IMG/VR virus record: IMGVR_UViG_3300038679_000021
Span: 1-64,000 of that record
Strand: one strand, 5' to 3'
Origin: a virus
Lineage: Duplodnaviria > Caudoviricetes
Length of the DNA stretch: 64,000 nt
The position numbers and the translations under genes are program-made. The stretch's first letter is position 1; each line of letters starts with the position of its first letter. The notes under the pieces were generated by a model. That model was not told the DNA's origin. It saw only the letters and a list, made by a program, of their open reading frames with translations, and made no database searches. Shown one piece after another: positions 9,279 to 17,803 of the stretch.

Positions 9279-9311
9279 GAAACTTAATCCCAACGTCTGT
9301 TTTCTTACAGG
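9279..9311. repeat. 33-bp direct repeat, copy 2 (overlaps stop codon of upstream gene)
   Basis: GAAACTTAATCCCAACGTCTGTTTTCTTACAGG. Confidence 0.85.
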
Positions 9312-10132
9312 GTATCAGACCGAATCCCTGCAACTTCGCGATTGAGGAATTCCGCAGCCTTCCCTCGGACGTATTGGAAAGCCTCATCAATCTCGCTGAT
9401 GTGGCAAGGAACGGAGACAAACACCGAAACCTTTGCGGAGTTGTAATCGCCTTGGTTGATGGTCTGCCCCATGTCGATACTCACATTCGCAGCAGGGCCG
9501 ATGAAAGCCGGAGTCTCGATAAACTCCACTTCGTCACCCTCAGAAAGGAGAATCTTCCCCTTGGAGAAAGTCTTGCGAACAAGAATCAGTCCCCTCTTGA
9601 GAAGTTCACGCTGCATTGCTTCCATCGCCGCCCGCGAAGCCGCCTCAACTACGGATTTGGCAAAGGGCCTTTCCGTTGGCGGAACTTCCACTCGCAGAAC
9701 AGAAGAATCAGAAGGAGCAACAGGCGCAGGGGCCGGGATTTCCACCGTCTTCTCTACGGGCTTCTCTACGGGCTTTTCGGCAACAGGCTCAGGGGCCTTT
9801 GCAGGAGCCTTGGGAGCTTCCACGGTCTTCACAGGAATGCTCACCGTCGGAATCGTGATCTTTTCCGCTGCGGGCTTTGCGGGAGGCGCAACAGGCGCGG
9901 GCGGCGGCGTTTCCGCCTTCGGGGCGGGGGCTGGTGCTTCCGCCACAGGCGCAGCGGGTTCGGCCTTGGCCGGAGCCGCTTCCGGTGCCTTGGCGTCAGC
10001 AACGGGAGCAGGACTTGCCGCAGCAGTAGCAGCAACAGGAGCAGCAGCCGGGGATCGACGGGCGCGTTCCTCTTCAACCCTCTTCTGAAGGTTTCGCATC
10101 ATCGATTCAAAATCAACTTTTGCATCAGCCAT
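9305..10132 (-). CDS. Hypothetical protein with long Ala/Pro-rich linker
   Basis: ATG at 10132 (MADAKVDF) with a GAGG RBS; globular-looking C-terminal ~100 aa. Confidence 0.8.
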   Translation of the reverse strand: MADAKVDFESMMRNLQKRVEEERARRSPAAAPVAATAAASPAPVADAKAPEAAPAKAEPAAPVAEAPAPAPKAETPPPAPVAPPAKPAAEKITIPTVSIPVKTVEAPKAPAKAPEPVAEKPVEKPVEKTVEIPAPAPVAPSDSSVLRVEVPPTERPFAKSVVEAASRAAMEAMQRELLKRGLILVRKTFSKGKILLSEGDEVEFIETPAFIGPAANVSIDMGQTINQGDYNSAKVSVFVSVPCHISEIDEAFQYVRGKAAEFLNREVAGIRSDTL

Positions 10133-10142
10133 GGTAGTACCC

Positions 10143-11519
10143 TCATTTGATGTTAAAACCAAGTCCCTTGATGGTTCTAACTCGTTTCTTCCACATTCCC
10201 AACAACAAACTATTCGGAACATCCAGAATGTCGAGGATAACAAGCGGCATCTTATCGCTATGCACCCTCTGAATCCTCCCTACCATTTGAGTCACTTCCC
10301 CTCTTGGGGTCGCCAGAATAAGCGTGTCGGCATCCGGAACATCGCTGCCTTCTGAGAACAGATGGAAGGTTCCGATGATAGCCTTACACTTCTTCGATTC
10401 ATCCAACTGAGGGCTTGTCATTCCCCCGATGTACTTCCCAACAGAAGCCATCCCTCCCCGAGAAAGTAGCGTATTCCGAACAGCATCGTAGAGGAAGTCT
10501 ACTTGCTCGATGCGATCCGTCATTACAATAACTTTTCTACCGGAATCAATCGCCCCAATGACCTTGGAGTGAATGAACATAGACCTCTTGGTGTCAGAAG
10601 CGATAAGGGAGATAGCCCCCGCAACATTCCCTCCAAACTTCTTCAAGTTGTCGTTTTTCCATCGCACAGCGTAGTAGTCCCCTGTCAACGTGTGCGTTTT
10701 CATCTGGGTAAGGATCGGCCCGACATGCCAGAATAACACTTGCTCCAACCCATCGCGCCGCTTGGGTGTAGCTGTTAATCCAATTCGAAGTGTAGCAGAA
10801 AACTTCTTGATTGTCTGCTCTAAAGTGTTGCAAGGCACATGATGTGCTTCGTCTACGATAATCAGCCCAAAATGCTTGAAGAAGTCCGTCCCAAGTTCCT
10901 CCCTTCTAGCGATGACAGTCTGATATAGCGCGAGAGTGATAGGATAGTCTCTCCAACGCTGGGTGTCCTGTCTAACCCAACCCACTTGGTCTTTCTTGAG
11001 ACCGAGAAACTGCCGGATACCATGGCCTTTGCCGTCAGTCTCGGCATGAGTCTTTCCTGCCCACTGATCCATGAGGTCGGATTTATGGAGAAGTACTAAA
11101 GTACGCAGCTTTAGTAGGGAGGCAAGATACAAAGCCATCGTTGTCTTCCCACCGCCGCAGTTGACGGTGAGGATTCCTCCGTACTTTTTCTTGGCGAGTT
11201 TTCCCAAGAAGTCCAGAACGATGTCGTATTGGGCTTGTCGAAGAGTTCCTTGGAAGTCAGGAAAATCTGGTGCAGACGGTATTTCCGTGCAATCGATTGC
11301 AGATGAACAGTCAAATTGCAACTTGTCGAGAGCCGCCATCTGTCGAGGGATTCCGACGAGATCGCCATGTTCTTCGAACAGTTTGACTTCCCGAACTTCC
11401 TTTGAAACTTCGTCCTCAACGTGCAGAGACAGCTTGAGAAGAAGCCTCTTCAGTTCCGAAGAAGGGGCAGACCCTCTCTTGAACCAAGCAAGCCTCCCTA
11501 TGGTTTGGATTTGGATCAT
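10143..11519 (-). CDS. Superfamily 2 DNA helicase (DEAH, XPB/UvsW-like)
   Basis: CGGGKT, IIVDEAHH, LTATPKRRDG, QMVGRIQR. Confidence 0.93.
   Translation of the reverse strand: MIQIQTIGRLAWFKRGSAPSSELKRLLLKLSLHVEDEVSKEVREVKLFEEHGDLVGIPRQMAALDKLQFDCSSAIDCTEIPSAPDFPDFQGTLRQAQYDIVLDFLGKLAKKKYGGILTVNCGGGKTTMALYLASLLKLRTLVLLHKSDLMDQWAGKTHAETDGKGHGIRQFLGLKKDQVGWVRQDTQRWRDYPITLALYQTVIARREELGTDFFKHFGLIIVDEAHHVPCNTLEQTIKKFSATLRIGLTATPKRRDGLEQVLFWHVGPILTQMKTHTLTGDYYAVRWKNDNLKKFGGNVAGAISLIASDTKRSMFIHSKVIGAIDSGRKVIVMTDRIEQVDFLYDAVRNTLLSRGGMASVGKYIGGMTSPQLDESKKCKAIIGTFHLFSEGSDVPDADTLILATPRGEVTQMVGRIQRVHSDKMPLVILDILDVPNSLLLGMWKKRVRTIKGLGFNIK
11287..11302. repeat. Dispersed palindrome copy (15/16), intragenic
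   Basis: GTGCAATCGATTGCAG inside the SF2 helicase gene. Confidence 0.8.
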
Positions 11520-11746
11520 TCAAACCACACAATCGTGTACTGGGAAACAATCAATCCGGCCATGGGGATTTCGTGGGAAACTTCCAGAACACCATTCCGG
11601 TACTTTCTGAATTGAGGTCTCTTGGTGTAATGCTCCACAAATTCTTCAGGGGAAGACCAGCCGCCCATAGGACTGATACTTTCGTGCATAAAGAAATGCC
11701 TCTTCGAGGGTCGGTGTACGCAGAAGCACTTTTGGAACATTCTCAT
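11516..11746 (-). CDS. Hypothetical protein
   Basis: 76-aa ORF overlapping both neighbours by 4 bp. Confidence 0.6.
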   Translation of the reverse strand: MRMFQKCFCVHRPSKRHFFMHESISPMGGWSSPEEFVEHYTKRPQFRKYRNGVLEVSHEIPMAGLIVSQYTIVWFE

Positions 11747-11907
11747 TTTTCGCCTTCCAGAATCTTTTCGGCTTGAAGACCGATACGGATAAGGAACTCC
11801 AACCTCTCAGAGAGATTCACATGCTTGCGCGAGACATCAGATAGTCTAGCAAGACGGATCTGGTCTAGCAACTCTTTATCGACAGAAATAGAGATTTTCG
11901 CTTTCAT
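11743..11907 (-). CDS. Small ribbon-helix-helix-like DNA-binding protein
   Basis: MKAKISISVDKELLDQI (alternating beta strand then helix) ...NLSERLEFLI. ATGA overlap with the polA stop. Confidence 0.6.
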   Translation of the reverse strand: MKAKISISVDKELLDQIRLARLSDVSRKHVNLSERLEFLIRIGLQAEKILEGEK

Positions 11908-13838
11908 GCCCACGCATCCTTTACCTTGCATTCTGCATCGATTGGAACGCGTAATGTAACTCGCGTTCTGAGGACATCTAATCCGATATCCCTCACAGTA
12001 TCTACGATGGACTCTGGAGCGTCGATATCAAACTCATCATGCATAAACTGAACAATCCCGCAGCCATGTTTATTGAAATACCTTCCGTCTGCCCACATTC
12101 CGGCTTCCCTGAGCCTTCGCTCTACCTCGGGGCAAGCGAGTTCCATGTACCCTACTTCGGAAGACTGCACCGGGAAGTTGATCGCTTGGTTCAGCGCATG
12201 CTTGAAACTCATAGCCATATCTTGAGGACGAATCCTTCGCCTCCGTCCGAAGATATCTTTAACTTCGCCTTTCGATTTCAAAACAGCTTCGATGTTTCGA
12301 TGATACATATCAACTCCACGATATGTAGCAAAGAAGCCATCAATGATGTTCTGCCACTGCTTGACAGAGTACTTAGGGTATTCGAAGTGCATCTTGTACG
12401 CCGTGGCTTTGAAGATCAGCGCAAAGTTGCAAGTCTTACCATCTTGTCTGGAATCAAGAACAGGAACACCAAGGAAGTTGTTCACTGTATCCATGGTCAT
12501 CTGATGGAGGTCTAGGCCATGCCAGAACCCTTTGAAGGTCGGGTCTTTCAGAGCCTTCTCATTTGCAGCAACCCCACAATGAGGACATGCGAGAAGAAGG
12601 ATATTCGACTCACCTGTCATGTTGCAAGCTGTGCATCGCCATGTCCTATACGCCTTCAGCATCATCGGATCAGATGAGATATGGGCGCACAATCGAAGCT
12701 GGAATTGAGAAACGTCAAACTTCATTAGCTTCCGACCGGGCTCTACCCTGAATCCTTTTCGGATTACCCAGCGGTCAAAGACCTTCTTTCCTTCCGGAGT
12801 CTTTACGTAGAAACGCGTCTCATTGGGTATCGTCTGATTCGGAGGATCGGTTTGACGAGTTCTTCCAGTAGCAGAGACAAGCCAAGTCGAGGCGTGGGTT
12901 CTACTATCAGGATCAGTGAGCGCAAATTTGGAAATCTTGAGGATATACTTTGAGAGCATATCCGCTGCATGGTTCATGTCGGAAATCTTCCGGCAAATGG
13001 GAAATCGTGGGGCCAGAACATCGATGGTTTTTGTGTCAACACTGAGCCTCTTCTTGCTCTTTGTCATTTCCACGCCATCAGCGGGAATCTTCAACGTCTC
13101 GAAAAGAAGAGTCGCCAGTTGATCCCCAGACTTCAAGTTGATCTTTACCAAGTCCCCCTTCTTACCGGGGATGAGCCCTTTCGGCCCTAGCTCCTTGAAA
13201 ATCTCTTCCTCTAACTCCGCTCTCTTCTCCGCGTAAGCCCTAGCAAGATCGATAGCTACTGAAGCATCCCAGCGGAACCCATAGAGTTCCATGTCTGCTA
13301 CGGTCTTCGTCATTGGTGAGAGAATCCGGAGAAGCAACTTCATCAGATTCTCTGCCTCAAGTCGAGGCTTCAGGACTTGCCACAAAGCGAAAGTTTGCCG
13401 CGCATCGTCCTTCGCGTACTCGCGAAAGAATACGGAGTCAACACCATGGACAATAGCCTCATCATACTCGATCATTTCGTGGCCTAGAACAGATTTGGCA
13501 AGCCTCTTCAGACCGAGATCATGGGGTGAGATATTCTCGTCCAACAGGTTCATTGCAATCATCGTATCGGTAGGTTGCAATGGATACCCTTCGAGCCCGA
13601 AAAACTTCTTGCTGCACTGAAGATCAAACTTAATGTTATGGCCTATAATCAAACCGGGGAAAGCCCAAATAGGCGTGATAACATCATGGAGATTGGTTGT
13701 CCAATACTCTGTGGCGTCTCCATTCGACATAGAGATACCAACGACTTTGAAATCTGGAAGCCAGTAATCAACGCCGTTGGTCTCTATGTCGAAGGAGACC
13801 TCTGAACGTCCTGTTAGGATTTCAGAGACGGTAGCCAT
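11904..13838 (-). CDS. polA: Family A DNA polymerase with 3'-5' exonuclease (no 5'-3' exo), atypical motifs A/B, Zn-finger insertion
   Basis: ExoI FDIET, ExoII GHNIKFD, ExoIII YAKDD, ATGR, motif A DVSQFQLR, motif B RQDGKTCNFALIF, motif C MHDEF. Confidence 0.93.
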   Translation of the reverse strand: MATVSEILTGRSEVSFDIETNGVDYWLPDFKVVGISMSNGDATEYWTTNLHDVITPIWAFPGLIIGHNIKFDLQCSKKFFGLEGYPLQPTDTMIAMNLLDENISPHDLGLKRLAKSVLGHEMIEYDEAIVHGVDSVFFREYAKDDARQTFALWQVLKPRLEAENLMKLLLRILSPMTKTVADMELYGFRWDASVAIDLARAYAEKRAELEEEIFKELGPKGLIPGKKGDLVKINLKSGDQLATLLFETLKIPADGVEMTKSKKRLSVDTKTIDVLAPRFPICRKISDMNHAADMLSKYILKISKFALTDPDSRTHASTWLVSATGRTRQTDPPNQTIPNETRFYVKTPEGKKVFDRWVIRKGFRVEPGRKLMKFDVSQFQLRLCAHISSDPMMLKAYRTWRCTACNMTGESNILLLACPHCGVAANEKALKDPTFKGFWHGLDLHQMTMDTVNNFLGVPVLDSRQDGKTCNFALIFKATAYKMHFEYPKYSVKQWQNIIDGFFATYRGVDMYHRNIEAVLKSKGEVKDIFGRRRRIRPQDMAMSFKHALNQAINFPVQSSEVGYMELACPEVERRLREAGMWADGRYFNKHGCGIVQFMHDEFDIDAPESIVDTVRDIGLDVLRTRVTLRVPIDAECKVKDAWA

Positions 13839-14518
13839 TAGAAGGGGAGATCGTCGTCTTCCTTACCAGCGACCGGCCCAGAAGTCGCGGCCATCGCCGC
13901 AAGAGACTTCATCTTGCTGATGTACTTCAGCACCAATTCGGGATTCGGTGCGAGAATGTCGGCGTAAGGATACACCTTAACATCCTCGAAATCCGTCTCC
14001 GGAACATGGCGAATGTACTCGAAGTCATCGCCAGTAGAAGGCGACTTGTCCGCCTTCGAACGGAAGATTCGGAACTCCGCAAGGAACAGAGACTTCCCAT
14101 CTTCCTTCAGCTTGGCAACACGCCGCGCCAGTTTCTCCCAAGCCCCGGCCTTGATGACGTAGAGCCGCTTGGAATCCTTGACCACGGTGCCCTTCTTATC
14201 CCCGCTCTTGAGCGTGAACTCCGAACGGTCGATAAGCGAGAAGGGAATCGCCTTGTACTTCTGGACTTTTCCTTCCAGAGCGCACAGAGGGCAATCGAGC
14301 CGCAAATGCGTCAAACACGTCGCATAGTTGCGGAAATCGTCGCCAATCTTCATCGCGTGTTCCCAATACGCCAACTCAGCGTCGGGGGACAGGAAAACCA
14401 CCGTCTTCTCAGAGCCCTTCGGCATCCAGAAACGGATGTTTCGGGTCGGATCGCGGACGAAAGCGGCTTCGTCCATCTTGATATCCGTACCAACTTCAAC
14501 TGTATCCATCCAGCCCAT
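13838..14518 (-). CDS. Single-stranded DNA-binding protein (gp32-like)
   Basis: ATCL..H...CPLC Zn site, acidic C-terminal EDDDLPF tail, position between primase and polA. Confidence 0.8.
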   Translation of the reverse strand: MGWMDTVEVGTDIKMDEAAFVRDPTRNIRFWMPKGSEKTVVFLSPDAELAYWEHAMKIGDDFRNYATCLTHLRLDCPLCALEGKVQKYKAIPFSLIDRSEFTLKSGDKKGTVVKDSKRLYVIKAGAWEKLARRVAKLKEDGKSLFLAEFRIFRSKADKSPSTGDDFEYIRHVPETDFEDVKVYPYADILAPNPELVLKYISKMKSLAAMAATSGPVAGKEDDDLPF

Positions 14519-14527
14519 AATGTGACC

Positions 14528-15508
14528 TCATGTGAACATTTCCAGAGATTTCAGCAATTCACCTTTGCTTATCTCTCCGGGGTCTTTCGTGCTGTAGTCC
14601 AAACTAAATACGAAAGGCACACCCTTCCGTAAATCTCTCATTGCGAACTCTTCTCCCTTTCTTCCAGCAGGATCGTTGTCGAGCATCAGAAAAACCGGCC
14701 TTGAAAAAGCACTCAGAAGAGGCAGTTGGTGTTCCTTTACCTTATTCCCGCTGATCGCCAAAGGAAAGAACTCACCAAGGAGGCCCTCTTCCTTCAAGAA
14801 GAAGTAGATACGAAGAAGATCGAAAGGCCCCTCAACAAGAAGAACCCGATGAATCTTCGCCATCTGGAAAGTCTTGTCGTACACAAAAGTCCGCGAAGCC
14901 AAGCTACCGTCATAATGTCGGACTTTCGGTTCTTCGTCCAGAATTGATCTTCCTTGAACTCCGAGGAATAGCTTCGGGGAATCGAAGCCGTACATGGGGA
15001 AGAGAAGCCTTCTCTGTACTGGATCGTACTTTAGGTCGAAGATTTCAACAGCTTCTTCAGGAACTTGCCTCTTGGAAAGATAGGTCATTCCCGGCGGCTG
15101 CATACAAAGGCCAGAGAACCAAATCTCCATTGGGGCTAGCTCTGCCGCTAGGGCCTCGACCTTAACCGTAAACTTAGCTTCTCCCGCCTTGCACGCATTT
15201 TCGATATCCTGAGTGCCTTCCTCAACTGTAAGAAGGTCTTTCAGCAGGTCTTCGTAAAGAGATTTCTTACCGTGAAGTATCGCGTAGAACGTGAAGACTT
15301 CATGGAAGTTCCCCCTCTCCCCACATACCCAGCAAGACCCAAAGCCTGTATCCTTAGAGATAGAGAAGCACCCCTTACCAGAAGAGAGCCAACCTTTGTG
15401 GTGGGTATGCTCCCTGAAGGGGCAAGTGCAACGAATAAAATCCGACGTTTCCGCAAAGATCGTAACGTCAGTCCGGTAAAGGAAGTTGAGGATAGAGTCC
15501 CGCGTCAT
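14528..15508 (-). CDS. DNA primase (Zn-binding + TOPRIM)
   Basis: CPFREH...CWVCG, VEGPFD, MLDNDPAG. Confidence 0.9.
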   Translation of the reverse strand: MTRDSILNFLYRTDVTIFAETSDFIRCTCPFREHTHHKGWLSSGKGCFSISKDTGFGSCWVCGERGNFHEVFTFYAILHGKKSLYEDLLKDLLTVEEGTQDIENACKAGEAKFTVKVEALAAELAPMEIWFSGLCMQPPGMTYLSKRQVPEEAVEIFDLKYDPVQRRLLFPMYGFDSPKLFLGVQGRSILDEEPKVRHYDGSLASRTFVYDKTFQMAKIHRVLLVEGPFDLLRIYFFLKEEGLLGEFFPLAISGNKVKEHQLPLLSAFSRPVFLMLDNDPAGRKGEEFAMRDLRKGVPFVFSLDYSTKDPGEISKGELLKSLEMFT

Positions 15509-15549
15509 GGTATGAGTCTATCAGATTAACATATGAAAGCAAGCTTAAA

Positions 15550-16860
15550 CTAGATCGAAACAGCAGCAAGATCGTCAAGAGAGACTTCAGATTTCGCAAT
15601 ATCCACGGAGGGGTCAACTTCCGAGTAGTCTCCGGTATCCTTGTTCCAGTTGATGTCGAACTCCCGAGGCTTTCCAGAACCATCGCGCACTTTGAGCATT
15701 GACCAATGCATCCTGTTGATAAGAGAAAGATCGGGAGGCTGAGAGAGACCTACAACAACATCAGGATCAATGATCCATTCCTTTGCGTAGCGAACATTCC
15801 ATCGATTGACTAACTTGGAATCCAATCCTTTCCCTGTCTCGCTGGAATCCCCCAACTGCACTGTAGCAACCCAAGGAATGTTGGAGTCCTCCGCGCAGAC
15901 TTGGAAATCCTGAACTAGCTTGCTCTGATCTCCCCACTCTCTCGAAGAAGCCAGCCTATAGCCGCCGTCCACAAGGACATCGGTTACTCCCAAGTCCTTT
16001 GCCATGAGGGAAATGTCTTGGACCGTTTTGACTTCTTTCTTCCCCACAAAGATGGCATCAGAAACATCCATGAGAGATTCTTCGTACATTGCCCGAATCC
16101 ACTTTTCCTCCATCTCAGGAGTGAGGCAACCATCTCGAAGATCGACGTAAGGTAGCTTGTATCTCAAACAGTCTAACCGCATCTGAAGCCTCTTAGGCTC
16201 CATTTCTGTCGAGACTACTAGGGGTCTTCGTTTCTGGCTCAGAAGGTCTTCGCAGAGAAGCATGAGCATCCATGACTTACCAACAGAAGTGAAGCCAGCG
16301 AATACGTAGAAGTATCCGTTGATGATACCTCTGGTCTCTCTATTGAAAGTCGGCCATCTAGTTACTGCCCCAAGGAAGCCCCCGCTATCCTTAACGGTCA
16401 TGTAGTAGAGAAGTCTCTCCGTGAAGGAGAGCCGATACGAAAGGACATCGGAGGCCCGCGTAGAGTATTTCCCACGAAGCTTGGCATTGAGGACGAGCCT
16501 ATCCAATGCTGCCGTAGGGTTTCCTGAAGCGATCAACTTGATGGAGTCGTTGATGCTTAACTTGATCTCTCTTGTTAGGGAGCGATCTTTGATAGATCGA
16601 AAGACTCCTTCGAGAGTAGCTCCATCAGGAATCTTAGGTGAGACTGAAAAACGAGATTCCAGTTCGAGGATCGATGGCTTTTCTCCCTTAGACTTCAGGA
16701 GAAGGCAATACTCGAAGGCTTCGCGCCCCTCTGGTGAGACAAGCATTTCAGGGAAGAACCCCATAGGCGGGAGCTTCCCAAAAGAGTCATCCCTAACGCA
16801 GAGTGCCAACAACAATGAGTCCAAGCCGTCAGCCATTTTCAAACTCCCCAGAAATGCCAT
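15550..16860 (-). CDS. dnaB: DnaB-like replicative helicase
   Basis: Walker A GFTSVGKS, STEM, LVDGGY, TVQL, KVRDG. Confidence 0.88.
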   Translation of the reverse strand: MAFLGSLKMADGLDSLLLALCVRDDSFGKLPPMGFFPEMLVSPEGREAFEYCLLLKSKGEKPSILELESRFSVSPKIPDGATLEGVFRSIKDRSLTREIKLSINDSIKLIASGNPTAALDRLVLNAKLRGKYSTRASDVLSYRLSFTERLLYYMTVKDSGGFLGAVTRWPTFNRETRGIINGYFYVFAGFTSVGKSWMLMLLCEDLLSQKRRPLVVSTEMEPKRLQMRLDCLRYKLPYVDLRDGCLTPEMEEKWIRAMYEESLMDVSDAIFVGKKEVKTVQDISLMAKDLGVTDVLVDGGYRLASSREWGDQSKLVQDFQVCAEDSNIPWVATVQLGDSSETGKGLDSKLVNRWNVRYAKEWIIDPDVVVGLSQPPDLSLINRMHWSMLKVRDGSGKPREFDINWNKDTGDYSEVDPSVDIAKSEVSLDDLAAVSI

Positions 16861-17413
16861 CCCTAGAGCTTTCGCGCAAATTCATCCCGTCGAATCGGAC
16901 AGGGAAAAGTACTTCGATCATCACAGCAAAGAGGGCAGGGAAGTTCTCCTTGATGAAAGTTGGCGACAGATTCGTCGTGATAATCGTGCTTTTCATCTCA
17001 GACGTTCTTCGCCGGAAGATCATTTCGAACTTCGAATCCGCAAACGAGTCCTTCTTAGCTATCGTGAAGTCGTCAATAACAAGGAGGTCAACAGTCATCA
17101 TACGCTCGATCATGGTCATATCGGCATCGAACGCTGTCTTATTAATGACGTATCCAGTGATGTCGTCTGCGTACACGAAGAGACCGGTACGTCCTCTATC
17201 TGCAATCGATTGCAGGAGAACTGCTCCGGCGGAACTTTTCCCTCTACCATAATCTCCCCAAAGTAAAAGCCCGACCCCTCTCTTCAGAAAGGCGTCCATG
17301 TTTGCGATGAACTTTTCCAGATACTTTCTCTGAGGATTTTGCACTACACCAATCGTGGTTCCCCACAGCCTCTTCGGGAGCCGCATCCTGTTGAGGTAAT
17401 CGGGATTCACCAC
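16829..17413 (-). CDS. DnaC/IstB-like helicase loader ATPase
   Basis: GDYGRGKS, LLVIDDF, TIITTNL. Confidence 0.88.
   Translation of the reverse strand: MVNPDYLNRMRLPKRLWGTTIGVVQNPQRKYLEKFIANMDAFLKRGVGLLLWGDYGRGKSSAGAVLLQSIADRGRTGLFVYADDITGYVINKTAFDADMTMIERMMTVDLLVIDDFTIAKKDSFADSKFEMIFRRRTSEMKSTIITTNLSPTFIKENFPALFAVMIEVLFPVRFDGMNLRESSRDGISGEFENG
17200..17215. repeat. Dispersed palindrome, exact copy, intragenic
   Basis: CTGCAATCGATTGCAG inside the DnaC-like gene. Confidence 0.9.
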
Positions 17414-17748
17414 CCGGCCTCCTTGTCGCTAGAAGGCGTGAATCTGTCCTTCACACCCGTAGAAAAACCATCCCGCATGAAGTCTCGAAGTCTTTGGAAG
17501 CACAATGCGGAGCCAAGAATCGATAGGGAGGGCGTCCCTACAAAACCCATCTCCCTGCTCAATCGGGGCCAGTTGTCGAACAGGAAAGAAAGCAACTCCA
17601 TCGCATCGATCTTCCCTTCATCACACCAATGGAGAGTCCTGCGGACAATCACGCGAAGCTTAGTTGCGTTGTAGAGTGGAGGGTTTCCAAACTTCTCCCG
17701 ATACAAGGATTCGAAACGCCTAATAAAAGGCTCAATTGATGCAGGCAT
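17407..17748 (-). CDS. Hypothetical protein, possibly replication-initiator C-terminal-like
   Basis: 113 aa, first gene of the replication operon, strong GGAGG RBS. Confidence 0.75.
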   Translation of the reverse strand: MPASIEPFIRRFESLYREKFGNPPLYNATKLRVIVRRTLHWCDEGKIDAMELLSFLFDNWPRLSREMGFVGTPSLSILGSALCFQRLRDFMRDGFSTGVKDRFTPSSDKEAGW

Positions 17749-17767
17749 AAGTCCTCCGTATGCTGAG

Positions 17768-17797
17768 AGTATAGCAAGGAAACTGGCGAAAAGAAAG
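17768..17797 (-). promoter_or_regulatory. Putative promoter (extended -10 TGCTATACT), shared motif with 62059-62088
   Basis: Minus strand CTTTCTTTT-N12-TGCTATACT; 22/30 identical to the element upstream of the initiator genes. Confidence 0.7.
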
Positions 17798-17803
17798 GTC
17801 TAA

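Noticed and set aside
9174-9311. Possible minimal CRISPR array (repeat-spacer-repeat)
   Set aside because: Only two imperfect repeats, a 72-nt spacer that folds as a tRNA, no repeat palindrome typical of CRISPR, and no cas operon. The Cas4-like gene is a common stand-alone phage nuclease.
11904-13838. Intein in the DNA polymerase
   Set aside because: The insertion is about 40 aa with four Cys and lacks intein N-terminal C/S, C-terminal HN and LAGLIDADG motifs.
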